From Lama guanicoe (taxonomy: Eukaryota): a DNA stretch of 64,000 nucleotides. Of the stretch, positions 1 through 11,080 are shown one piece after another. Position 1 is the first letter of the stretch, and each line of letters begins with the position of its first letter. The notes under the pieces were generated by a model. The model had not been told where the DNA came from. It worked only from the letters and a program-made list of their open reading frames with translations, and did no database searches. The stretch covers positions 2,757,130-2,821,129 of the forward strand of contig MU054391.1 in NCBI GenBank assembly GCA_013239625.1, in the 5' to 3' direction. Position numbers and translations under genes: made by a program.

Positions 1-809
1 ATGTGTGTGTATTTTCTATTTCTACTGTGTATTTTATGTATATATACGCATGCGTACAGGCCAGTCTAACGTGGACTTTGAAAGCAGGCAGAGGGTGATT
101 ATAACCGTGGATTATTCTCAGTTTCCGCATTTTTTGGTATCGGCCGCACAACATGGTCACGAGGATTGGAGAAGTGCCTAGGACGGCCCGCCCCGCCGTG
201 AAAACCCCGCTGCGACAATTGCAGTTGAACTTGTGTTTGCTACCAAGTACGTGAACGTGGACTTCACTCTGAGGGTCTGGGGGCCGGGTGTGAAGTCCAG
301 CCCAGGCCAGGAGGCCACCTGCCCGCCTCTCAGGAGCAAGAAGCCACGTGTATCCACACACGGGACAGAGAGGACGGGGCCCCGGCTGGAGGCCGGCGGC
401 CCGGGTCTGCCCAGGACGGGGGCGCTGTCGCTCCCCGGGGGCTTCTTGAATGCGTGCCGAGGCTCCTGGGGGGACGCCGACGCGGACGGCTCCCTCACTG
501 GAGGATCGAGGACGCAATGCCTCCAGGCAGCGCTGGGACAGTCACCTGGCACAGGCTCGTCTCCCTGACAGAGAGGAAATCCGCGTGCGGCTCAGAAACG
601 TGCAGCGAGCACCCTAAACGCACGGCCCCGCCCGTCCTGAACGAGGCTGCGGGGCCTTTTCATTTTAATTCTTACCGTCTTACTCTAAATCACTCAAAAG
701 AAAATGTAATTCAGTTTTACCAGAAATACAGTCATGACTGTGTTATCCTGAAGCCTCCCTTCTGCCTAATGTGGGAGAGTGTTGGTGCCAGGAAGAGTGA
801 CAGGATGGG

Positions 810-975
810 GTGTCAGTAGACGAGGATCTGGCTCCGGCTCAGCCATCACCACGATCAGACACGAGATGACAAGGCTCTCCCAGGCATTGCTCTCACCTGG
901 AAAGTGTGTTGGCATCATCGACCTAAAAGGTTGTCACGTGACTAGATGAGGCAGGTCATGAGAACGGTGCACAAG
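810..975 (+). mobile_element. Degenerate MIR SINE
   Basis: Weak resemblance to MIR core and 3' end (ggttgtcacgtgactagatgag). Confidence 0.35.
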
Positions 976-2344
976 AAGGACTTGTGAGTGTCCAAAGTGA
1001 ATCTGAATCTCAATCAATTTTCTGAAAGAAGAGAAAGATGTGTTGCCCTCGTTCCTTACCACCATGATTAGAAGGACCTCTAGCCGGAAACCACCCCGGG
1101 CACCATCACCGCCCGTGGACCATGCTGTCTTGGACCCGTCAGGTTGGACCTTTGTAAACTTGGTGCGGCAGCAGCAGTTACGTCCACCCGAGTGTCACCG
1201 ACAAGGCGTGCGATTCCACGGAGCCCGGGGTGAAACTCGCAGGGGTCAGCCTCACTTCCGACTGAGTCAGGGCACCGCTGCCTCTTGGAGAAGGGTTGAA
1301 ACATGCTGCATGGGAGCTCCTTCTGGGGGGGAATGGTCACTTCTGGAATTCATGAAATTGGAGTCAGGGATGGCTGACCATAATTCACTTCTGGCTTACC
1401 CATCCGAAGAGCCCCATGCGGTTGGTCCCAGGGGTTTCCTCGCTTGCTGTGTCCCGTCACTGCAGTGTGCACTTCTCTCGGAGGCTGTCACCCGCAGCGC
1501 TCTGTCCAAGTGCTGGATTTGTGTCTTCTCCTTGCAGCCGGGTGCGCTCAGACCAGTGGAATGCTTTAAGCTTATCGTGTAAATAAATCAAATCGTTTCC
1601 TCACAGTAGGTGTCAAGGGCTGAGCGACTATGTGTCTGATTTACTGCAAATCCAGAGAGATCATTTGCATTTGCGGAAAAGCAGAGAATTCCTCTCCCCT
1701 GACCCACGGTAGAGTAGACGGAGCACTTCCTGGCGCCCGGTTTAATTCTCCCAGCAGCTCTCTCCTTTGTGTTTACCTGAATTCCTCGTTTCTTTCTAAG
1801 TTTTCCTGCTCAGAACAGGGTAGCTCAAAGCAATGCTGAACTAGAGGTTCTTATAAGCGCTCATTAAATAGCAGGACCGAGTACACAGGAGACCGTGGGG
1901 GTCACTTGGTACAACCTCCTTGTGTCCCAGGTGAAACGTCCAGCTGGATAAGCGGTCTTTTCTCAGATCACAAAGCCGGCTGGCGGTCAGCTCTCCCGAT
2001 GCTCACCCTGCGCGGTGTTCTCTCCGCAACGCTGCGCAGGTCTGTGAGGTGTCACTCGGCTAAACAGACTGATGTGCAAGTTGGATCTCTGCCCCCATGG
2101 TTCGTCTTAGGAGAGAGCCCCTACTCCCTACAGGGTGACCAGCCAAGTCCGAGCTGGGCTTTCTTTTCCCCTGTTGGTTCCAGCCCAGCCCTGCTGAGTG
2201 AGCCCCAGTGCCTGCTTTCCCAACCCGGACCCCGGGGGCCAGCCTTTCCTGCAGCTGAGCGGTCCCGGGGCTTGTCGGTTTTGATCCTGGCTCCTGAAGT
2301 GTCTCTGATGTCTGCTGGCTCCATCTCTGGCTTTTCTCTCTTAC

Positions 2345-2702
2345 CCTCCTCCACGCACTTCCATCTGTATTCTTCTCTGTTGCTCAAGATTTCATGGACG
2401 ATTTCCATGTAGTCATGCAATTTCTCAGATCTTCTACTTGAACTCCCGAGACTGCAGTGAGAATTCATTCTCTTGAGAGACCATTGGAGGCGGTGGTTGA
2501 GCACGGGCTCGGGAGTCCAGCCAACGTCCTCGGTCCCGGGGCATCTGCCTGGTCTAGGAGACCTCCCTTTCTGAGAACAATGACTGGCAGCCACACGGGT
2601 GACTCTGAGTCGTCATCCTGACACTCGTGGTCTGTCCCTTGGTGGCAGGCGAGAACCTCAGCGCTGGGCTCTGCATCCCGGGCAGGCCACACATTCTTTC
2701 TC
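2345..2702 (-). CDS. Putative exon 2 of the minus-strand gene, with an internal stop/frameshift
   Basis: Acceptor ttcccag at 2703. Continues exon 1 in frame for 78 codons (RKNVWPARDAEP...) to TGA at 2467. An overlapping second frame (...MEIVHEILSNREEYRWKCVEE) runs to donor AGG|GTAAGA. Confidence 0.4.
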
Positions 2703-2789
2703 CTGGGAACTCGTAATGAGGAGCCAGCCGTGCTGGCTGGTCTCTGCTGTCTGTTTAAGGAGGTGTGGGTGGTGGTGAGTGTTCTGAGG

Positions 2790-2970
2790 GAGGGAACGAG
2801 ACACGGGAGGAGGCAGGACAGTGAGGGGAGTGGGCAAAGGGAGAGGTGAAGACGGAGGGGGAGATGGAGGGGTGGGAAAGACAGAGACGGAGGGACAGAG
2901 AGAAACAGAGAGAGGGAGAGAGACAGGAGGAGAAAGAGGAAAGAGAAAGAGGGAGAGGAAGTGGGGAGAC
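2790..2970 (+). repeat. Purine-rich (GA) low-complexity tract
   Basis: Directly visible gagagg/gagaca repeats. Confidence 0.85.
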
Positions 2971-3183
2971 AGCAGTTCCCTCGGCTCCTTGCGACTTTCA
3001 TTCCCTGAGCTGCCTTCTCTGGAATTCCCCAGCAAAATTTATAATAAAATCTTTTTTAATTGCTTAATTAGGTTTGAGGAAGCTAAAATAATGCTGAGTA
3101 AACCCCCCCCCATTCTCTTCATTACCCCCTCCCATAGGAACCAGTCAATGGCTCCCTCCCCCTTAGAAGCCACGTCTGTCCCC

Positions 3184-3324
3184 CGATACAGGAGAAAATG
3201 GGGCACAAGAGGGTGGCCATGTCCCAGCTCTCAGTCGAGTCCCCGGGATGCACCCCTGCCAAGTGAGGGTCCTTGGCTTCGTGCAGGAAAGAATTCAAGA
3301 GTGAGATACAGTTGAGTAAAAGTA
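3184..3324 (-). mobile_element. U5 (3') fragment of an ERV1 MER41-like LTR
   Basis: Reverse complement reads cttgaattctttcctgcacgaagccaaggaccctc...tcctgtatcg, which resembles MER41-family U5. Confidence 0.7.
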
Positions 3325-3887
3325 TTAAAAAAATAGATAAAGTAGTGATGTAAAAACACATGAATAATTGTGTATTTACCACAAGGGCCTAGGGCTGGGA
3401 AATTTATCCTTTATTAAAAAAAATGTTGATATGAGGGCAGTAGCCAAAAGAAGAACCTTCATGGGATAAACTAAGAATTTAACTGGCGGGATCCATGCAT
3501 TTGTGTGTAAGCAGGACATAGATGAAATCATATACATATGTCATGTTCAGATACATGCACACAGACACAATTGTGTTTCCCTTAGCAGTGTGTTTGGAGA
3601 GTAAATAGATTGTGTCATCTAGGTCATTGCCCCAGTCCAATCTGATACAGTGTTGAAATTCATCCCTTCCTTTTTTTCCCCTTCTTTTTCTTTCTTTTTT
3701 TTTTTCTTTCCTTCTTCCTCAAACACTAGTTATCTAATATGTGCTAGACTTGGGCGGGGTGTATTAAGAGATTCAAAAATAACTGTTCTCATAGAGCCTA
3801 TATACAAACGACTAACAGTCTACAAAGACCGTGAAATAGATACTCACCTACTGCACAGATTATTTCAATGCAATGACACAGAACTAA

Positions 3888-4045
3888 TGGCGTTGTCCAG
3901 AACTGGGAACCAGACGTCCTGGGTTCCAGTCCCATCTCTGCCGCCAGCCACCTGTGTGACCTTGGTGAACCGAATTTCCCTCCAGGAAATCAAAGTAATG
4001 CTCCTTGTGCTATCCTTCACAGGAATAAAGTACGTGAAATGATTA
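3888..4045 (+). mobile_element. MIR SINE
   Basis: cctgggttccagtcccatctctgcc...ctgtgtgaccttgg matches the MIR B-box and core. Confidence 0.7.
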
Positions 4046-4569
4046 CCGCTGTCAAAACATCGTGATAAACATACACAGCTTCATATAACATGCACACACA
4101 CACACACGTGCCGAGAGAAAGTCCATTTTTAGTGCATCGCTGAGGGCTAGGAGGGACTCCAGAGGATGAAGAATGTGGATGTTCTGGGCTGAACAAGCAG
4201 CCCGCGCGCAGCTAAAGGGTGGACAGTGGTGTGGGGCTCAGCCAGCAGGCCAGGCACCAAGCGAGGGTTTGAATGTCAGGTCCAGGGCTGAGGGCACACA
4301 CACACATGCACACGCACAATGGGATCTTGTCACAGAGATCCTTGAATGCTTTGCGAAGGGACTCAGCTTGTTTTTGATAAGGAAATGGCGTTACTCACCT
4401 ACGTTTCACATCGCTAAAGCCCAGCTGTTGGAAAGGTGCGAGGCGGGGAGAGGAGCCGCTTGGAGCCCACTGCTGCAGCCCAGGTCAGTGGCTGTCAAGG
4501 CGCGGTCTCGAGGAGGGCTCCCCGGGTAGCAGAAGCATCACCAGGTGTGCTAACGTCCGAGCGCTGCAG

Positions 4570-5022
4570 TCAGGGACCAGAAACAGGGCCTCAAAACAAC
4601 AGAAACGCATTCCCTCAGGGTTCCGGACGTTAGGTCCAAAGTCAAGGCTCGTGAACATTGGTTCCTCCTGAGGTCTCCGAGGGAAAACCTGCTCCTCGCC
4701 TCTCCCTAGCTTTTGGTGCTTTGCCGGCCATCTTGGGTGTCCCTTGGCCGACAGACACATCACTTTAATCTCCGCCTCTAGCATCACATGGTGCCTTCCC
4801 CGAGTTCCCCTGTGCTCAAGTTCAAATTTCCCTCTTCTTGTAAGGACACACCCCGCTGGATGAGGACCTACCCTAGTCCTGGACGCCCTCGTCTCAACCT
4901 GATTTCGTCTCAAACGCCCTATTTCCAGCAGGGCCATGTTCCCAGTTCTAGGGTCCAAGGTGTCAACATACCTTTTCGGGAGGTGTTGGTGGGGGTTGGT
5001 GGGCAAGCATACAATTCAACCC
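4570..5022 (-). mobile_element. MaLR LTR (MLT1C-like)
   Basis: Characteristic motifs aaacaacagaaa, cttgtaaggacac, ccctatttcca and acaattcaaccc. Confidence 0.85.
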
Positions 5023-5189
5023 AGAACCCCTGGGGTCTTGTGAAAGGTGAGCATTCTCCACATCTGCCCCAGGCTCGCTGGTTCAGGAGCTCCGGGGGTC
5101 TGGCTGGCACTGTGTGTTTTCACCAGCCCCTCCTGCGGTTCTGATGTGATCCCCGTCCCAGGTGGGAGTGGACAGGAGACAGAAGGGGG

Positions 5190-5647
5190 TGAGGCTGCAG
5201 GGAAGGGGGCAGGGCACAGCCATTAAAGGAAGGACGCAGCAGTCAGCACCAAGATGGCGGAAGATCCAACTCCCGGTAGACCTTGAGCTTCGTTATGCAT
5301 TCATTGTCACACAATGGCTGCCAAGCGGCACACCCACCGGTGCCATGACAGTTTCAAGGCTGGCCCTAGGAGGTCAAAAAGTGGGTGATGGCCCAGTTCC
5401 TGGGACTTGCAGCCCCTTCCCCAGAGTAGTTGGAATGATCCTCCCACTTGTTAGCATATGAAGTTACTGAGCCCATGAAAACTAACACCCCTACATCCTA
5501 GGGTGCTCTCTGGCTCTGTCTCTCTGTCTCTATCTCTGTCTCTCTCTGTCTCTGTCTTTCTGTCTCTGTTTCTCTCTCAGCCTTTCTCTGTCCTTCTGAG
5601 ACGCCTGCATTCTGTCTATGGAGTGTGCATCTCTCTGAATAAATCTA
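5190..5647 (+). mobile_element. U3-R portion of an ERV1 MER41-like LTR, truncated just after AATAAA
   Basis: Starts TGAGG after GGGG. cagttcctgggacttgcagccccttcccc...cccacttgttagcata resembles MER41. Contains an internal (CT)n tract at 5515-5580 and AATAAA at 5638. Confidence 0.75.
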
Positions 5648-5769
5648 TCTTACAGCCATATGCTGCCCTTGATCTGCATAAGAAACTCTCCCAATGGGAC
5701 TTACACGAATCCAGGACAGTAATCAACATTCACCCCATGTTTTTGTTTGTTGTTTTAAGAAACTGGCTG

Positions 5770-5880
5770 GGGGAGGGCAGAGCTCAGCGTTAGAGCACAC
5801 GCTTAGCACACACGAGGTCTTGGGTTCAATCCCCACGTACCTCCATTAAAAAATAATAATAAAATAAAATTTGAAAAAAA
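5770..5880 (+). mobile_element. tRNA-derived camelid SINE (Vic-1-like)
   Basis: ggggagggcagagctcagcgttagagcac...gggttcaatcccc with A/B boxes and an A-rich tail. Confidence 0.85.
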
Positions 5881-5901
5881 GAAAGACACTGGCAAACTTA
5901 C

Positions 5902-6050
5902 GTATTTCTACCTTCTACTAAACATGTAAGATTTTGTTTTCCCAAATCCGAATTCTTCACGGAGCCAGTGGCTGGACACTTCTTACAGCAGACCTCGGGA
6001 CATGTTGGAGCTGCCATCAGAGGGGGTCTTGGAGGAAGGGTCAGACACAT
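5902..6050 (-). CDS. Putative first coding exon of the minus-strand gene (49 codons + 2 nt)
   Basis: Acceptor tctctcatag at 6060, ATG at 6050, frame open to the strong donor AC|GTAAGT at 5901. Confidence 0.45.
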
Positions 6051-6199
6051 GTCGATCTCCTATGAGAGACACGTAAGGCGATTCAGCTTCTTTAAGACGA
6101 ACACCTGGGTGACCTCTGAAACTGTCACGCCCCACCGCGTGCTTCCTTGCCTGGCGGATGCATTTCCCCGGGACTTGTTAGCATTTCTTGAGTCCTAGA

Positions 6200-6630
6200 G
6201 TCGGGCCTCGCTCACTCGTTTGTGGAAGAGCCACTGCCCCGCGGGTGTTCTGTAAACAGCCAGCTTCCTGCTGGGGTCCGGACGAGCCGCCCAGGCCCGC
6301 AGGAGAACCGGGGCGGGCGCGCCTTAGCAAGCGCCGCCTCCCGCCGCGAAGTCCCGCCGGCCCTTTCCCGCACTTCCCCCAGCCCGAGAGCCAAGGGGGA
6401 GGCTGCACGCGGCCCGGCAGGTGCCGGCGAGGGGGCGGAGTTGGGCGGTGAAGCGCAGGACGGGAAACCGGCGAGGCCCAGGCGCCAAACCCGGGAGCGG
6501 CCTGCCTGTGCCGGCGCCGCGCCGGGGGGCGGGGGGCGGCGCTCGGTGACAGCTGCCGGGGCCCAGGGCCGGGTCTGTGCTGCTGAGGCAGGTTAACGAG
6601 AGCAGAAGCCGTGGAGCACGCGCTGGGTAT
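6200..6630. promoter_or_regulatory. CpG island / probable promoter
   Basis: Very high GC and CpG density, GC boxes (~6431, ~6526) and an E2F-like GGCGCCAAA at 6481. Confidence 0.8.
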
Positions 6631-7179
6631 CCGTTAGTGGGGTTCCCTCTGTCATTGTTTGGGAGAAACTGGATCATTTGTGCTTTTTTTAGGCTTGAAT
6701 CAGCAGCAGGGCTGTTTTCTCTCCTCTCCACTCGCGTATGTCCTAGGAGACCTGCCTTCATCTAATCATGGATTAGGCTTTGGAGAATCAGTCAGTGTTA
6801 CGGTGTTCGAAGATCATTTTCTCCATGAAAACTGAAGCACTGGTACCCACTCCGTGTTGCAACGACTGTGTTCTCTGCACCCACTGCAAATCAAAGTGTG
6901 TGTAAACACTACGTGAGGAGAATGCACACTGGAGTCAAAAAGGCAGGAGTCCTGCCTCTAAATGCTCGTCAGAGCACATGGCTTGCAGTGTTACCTTCTC
7001 TCAGTATCATTGCGTCAGAATTCCTCAGAGAAGGAAAGGCTAATTGGTCATAAAATGCAAAAAATCACATATATATGATAGAGCATGCATTTTAGAATAA
7101 AATGAAACCTATTTATTTTCTCTAAGGTTGCTATTACTAATTCTTCTGTATTTTAAATACAATTTAAATAAATATTTAT

Positions 7180-7597
7180 ATTTTTCTTTCTCTGTGTGAC
7201 TTACTTCACTCAATATGATCATTTTTTAATATCATATGATATCACTTATATGTGGAATCTGAAAAAAAATGATACAAATGCTATGTACAACCAAAAACAG
7301 ACTCACAGACATTAAAAAAAAAAATCTATGGTTACCAAAGGGGAAGGAGTGGGGAGAGATAAATTAGGAGTTGGGGATTAATAGATACACATGACTATTT
7401 ATAAAATAGATAAACAACAAGGACCTACTGTGTAGCACAGGGAACTATATTCAATTTCTTACAATAACATATAATGGAAAAGAATCTGAAAAGAAAACGT
7501 GTATGTGTGTGTATAACTGAAATCACTTTGCTGTACACCTGAAACTAACATTGTATATCAACTACACTTTAATAATACATTTTTTAAAAATAAAAAA
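7180..7597 (+). mobile_element. Truncated L1 3' end with a short 5' inversion
   Basis: 7180-7222 is antisense ORF2 end. 7228-7597 is sense 3'UTR (agcacagggaactatattca...ctgaaactaaca) plus A tail. Confidence 0.9.
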
Positions 7598-10382
7598 GTA
7601 CATGTTTATATATTCAATCCACATAATAAAGTGTATTTAAATATCTTAGATATACATGTGTGCATATATATGTACAGATATCTGCAGGCACAAATGCCTT
7701 TGGTAGAAAAGAGGTTGCTCAGGACTTACTCTGAGACACTCGATGCAGGAAATGAAGGCACAGCACAACTAGCATCGCAGCGGGATGAAGAGCCCGTGTG
7801 TGTTCCTGCGTTCACGGGGCCGCTAAGTGCTTGAACTGCATCAAGCAGATGTGGTTCCTCCTCTTTAAAAAGGCAGGGCTGGAAGGAATCTCCCTGCAGG
7901 TCATTCCCAGCCCTGTGCCAGAAAACCGAATCCCCACAAATGGACGGTCTCACACTGCTATGTATATTAGACCTACCGTTTGTACAGGTCCTATTATTAT
8001 CCAATTAAAATAAGAAACTTAGAATTATTGGGCACAGATGGAGCAGAGACCGGGTCCCCGTGTGCCGGGTGCTTTGTGAAGCCTCTCTTTAGTTTACCGC
8101 CAGGCCTCCTGCCACATGCAAACTGCTCCTTCCTTCCTGCAATTTGAGACCAGTATCCACAGAAGCCAGTTAATCTGTTCTGGAGTCAGGAATAAGCAAG
8201 GTCTGGATCATCGCTGAGGCTTAATTGGGCTTTAATTAACTCAGGTACTCTTGGGCGAAAAGAATAACAAATATGGGGAAACACACACACACAGGCCCAG
8301 CCTCCCAGGGATCTTGGCGGGGGGTGGGGGGTGGTCTTCAATGGTCTCTAAACCCAGGGAGTCACCTCTTCTGTCAGCCAACGACCCCTCACTCGGGGCA
8401 GGCAGACCCCCACCGGGAGAGCTGGAGGAACTTGGTCAACTGGTAGTTTTACTCATGGGATCCGTTCCTGAAGACCAGTGGGGCAGTGGATGGGGTGCTC
8501 CACCTTCAAGGGGCCTCCGTGCTGGCCTTGGAGGCCACCCGAGCGTGGGTTCCCCTTCAGTGACCCTCCCCGGGCAGCGTCTCTGCTCGCTGCAGGGCTC
8601 GGCTTCCTGGTCCCTGATGGGCGGGTGTCATCCAGCCCTCCCTCCTGGAAGCCCACCGGCCCCATAACTGAGGGGGGGTGTCTGGGAGGGCCCCCTTATC
8701 TAAGCAGGCTCTGTCTCCAGGAAGCAAGTCTGGTGGGGGGCCGGGAGAAGCAGCTAAAGGAACATCACAAAACAAGTGGGACCCACTTGTCAACGATGAT
8801 GCAATGCTTGCAGGAGCCTCGAGCTTAGCCGGCAGGTGAGATCGCATTTTGGAGACAGCGAGGCACATGAAACACAAGGAAAACCTAAGGCACGACTGGG
8901 GACTGCAGGTCCTGCGTGGATGATGCCAGCCCAGGGAAGACACCCCGCATCTTTCTAAAGACTCTAGTTCAACCAGTTTGAAAAATGCGTATGCTCTGAC
9001 CTGACATTTTTAGACATTTCAAAAGCTATTTCCTCATGAAGGAAAGCCATTTCCCCCTTGCAGGACGGCCAGCCGACTTCCTTTATGTCTGGAAGCACAT
9101 CGGATAGGACTTGAATGCCCCTGATTTTATCCCCTTCCCCTTGGCTTCACCCTCTTGCCCACGGAGCCTTGTCCCTGACATCGTCCACCTTCTTTTCTCA
9201 GCTGACAAAGGATGGAGCCCATGACTGCGAGAAGCCGCTCTCCCAGGAGAAAGCAATGTGTTAGTTTAAAACATCGGTTTCTGGGAACGGTTTCAAGGCT
9301 GTGCGGTCAGGCTGATCTAATATCTACCTCGTGAAACCTCCTCATGGGGAAGAGCGGGTTTTAGCCAAGTCCTTCTGGTCCCTCAGCATCTGGTCTCCCT
9401 GACAAGTAGGAGGTCAAGACAGACCCCTCAAGTTCCACCCTCTCGAGTCACCAGAGCAGCCGTGTCAGTGAGAGGACGTGTGTGTATCCCAGGTGTGTGT
9501 CCTAAAGCAGAAAGGCCTTTTAAACTTCAGGAAAATGCAGATGGAACAAGTGAGAGCTGACCTCATATGGCTAAGACTTCTAGAAATGCAAACAGCTTAG
9601 GACCCTGCTGAGTATTCAGTAGGTGCTTAACATTATCCCCTCAATGGAACTGAAGCACCCCAAGGAGACACGGGGGAACATGCACACACCCCACCAAACT
9701 CAAGCACATCCGGTTGTGTCGAAGATCGGGGCCTCGGCTTCAGCCGAGGTCTGAGGCTTCCCTGGCCAAGGAGGCAGTTTCGCAGCCCGGCGAGCCGCAC
9801 AGATTGTGAGGCTGACATTTTAATTTGCAAGTGTGAAATCTGACCCTGAAGGGAGCCTGGGGTGGGCTCCACAAAGGTGCTTTCCGCGACAGCTTAACCA
9901 CAACATTTTCCCCTGTGTCAAAAAACGATTTTTAAGTCACTTTTTTCCAACACACTGCAGGCCCCATTGCACGGTCCAGACCAGGCCTGTGGCAAATCCT
10001 GGGAAGTAAAAACCTGCAACTTGCAGTCAGAGTCCTGGGCGTTTCCTGTGAGGCTGAGGGGGCGGGCGAGGAGCTGGCAAGGCCGTTTGTTTCCGCTTCC
10101 TTGAGGACGAAAGGCGTCTACTCAGGGGGCCCGGGTCTCTCTCACATTTATACCCCCGCCCGCAAATCCCAGCCCAGGAGGCTGAGACTGAAGGAAACAG
10201 AATGACAGGACCGCAGCCCGGGAGTCCCCTCCTGGAAACCCGAACGCGGCATTTGACAGCGTTCAGAGCTGCAGGATGAAGCATCTTGGGAAACAGTTCT
10301 CGCTTGCTGCCTGGCGATGTAGAGGGTGTGCACGTGTGTGCGTGCGCTGTGGGTAGGCATTTTCAGGACTGAAAATGTGTTT

Positions 10383-10918
10383 CCTAACTTATCCCTCCCC
10401 CCTTTTCCCCTTTAGTAACCATAGTTTGTTTTCTATGTCCATAAGTCTGTTTCTGGTATGTAAATAAATGTTGTATCTTTTTTAGATTCCACATATAAGT
10501 GGTGACATCCTATGATATTTGTCTTACTCTGTCTTACTTCACTTAGTATGATCATCTCTAGGTCCATCCATGTTGCTGCAAATGGCAATATTCATCCTTT
10601 TTATGGCTGAGTAATATTCCATTTTATATATACATAAATATATATGTATATACACACACACCATATCTTCTTTATCCATTAGAGTTTGGAATTAACAGAT
10701 ACACACTACTATATATAAAATAGATAAACAAGGATCTACTGTATAGTACAGGGAACTATATTCAATTTGTTGTAATGAGCTATAATAGAAAAGATTCTGA
10801 AAAAGTATATGGACGTATGTATACATACAACTGTATCACTTTGCTGTACACCTGAAACTAACATTGTAAATCAACTATACTTCAATAAAAAGCAAAATTT
10901 AAAAAAATAAATTAATAA
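10383..10918 (+). mobile_element. 5'-inverted (twin-primed) L1
   Basis: Antisense 10383-10680 and sense 10681-10918, flanked by approximate TSD aaaatgtgtttcc / aaagcttgtttcc. Confidence 0.9.
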
Positions 10919-11032
10919 AGCTTGTTTCCCACAGCAGCAAAGGAAGACTGCTTCCTGCTGTCTGTCTGTCTGTCTGTAGGCTGCACACTGAAAATTGCGG
11001 TGTAAGCCCCAGTTGAGATTATTCCATGATAG

Positions 11033-11080
11033 GTTGATTGATCCGTTGATTGATTAAATGATTGATCAATTGATTGATTG
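11033..11080. repeat. (GATT)n imperfect microsatellite
   Basis: Directly visible. Confidence 0.85.

Larger units (their letters stand above)
1178..6059 (-). pseudogene. Candidate multi-exon gene of unknown product, possibly pseudogenised (exons 6059-5902, 2702-2345, 1840-1777, 1570-1400, possibly 1322-1178)
   Basis: Lies just downstream of a CpG island. ATG at 6050. Donors are GTAAGT (5901), GTAAGA (2344), GTAAAC (1776) and GTAAGC (1399), and every exon has an AG acceptor. Phases join 2/2, 1/1, 2/2, 2/2. Exon 2 has a stop at 2465-2467 and needs a frameshift to reach its donor in frame. Protein starts MCLTLPPRPPLMAAPTCPEVCCKKC; no homolog recognised. Confidence 0.45.

Noticed and set aside
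2821..3315. Charged E/R/G-rich ORFs and their L/S-rich antisense
   Set aside because: Translation of a GA low-complexity tract.
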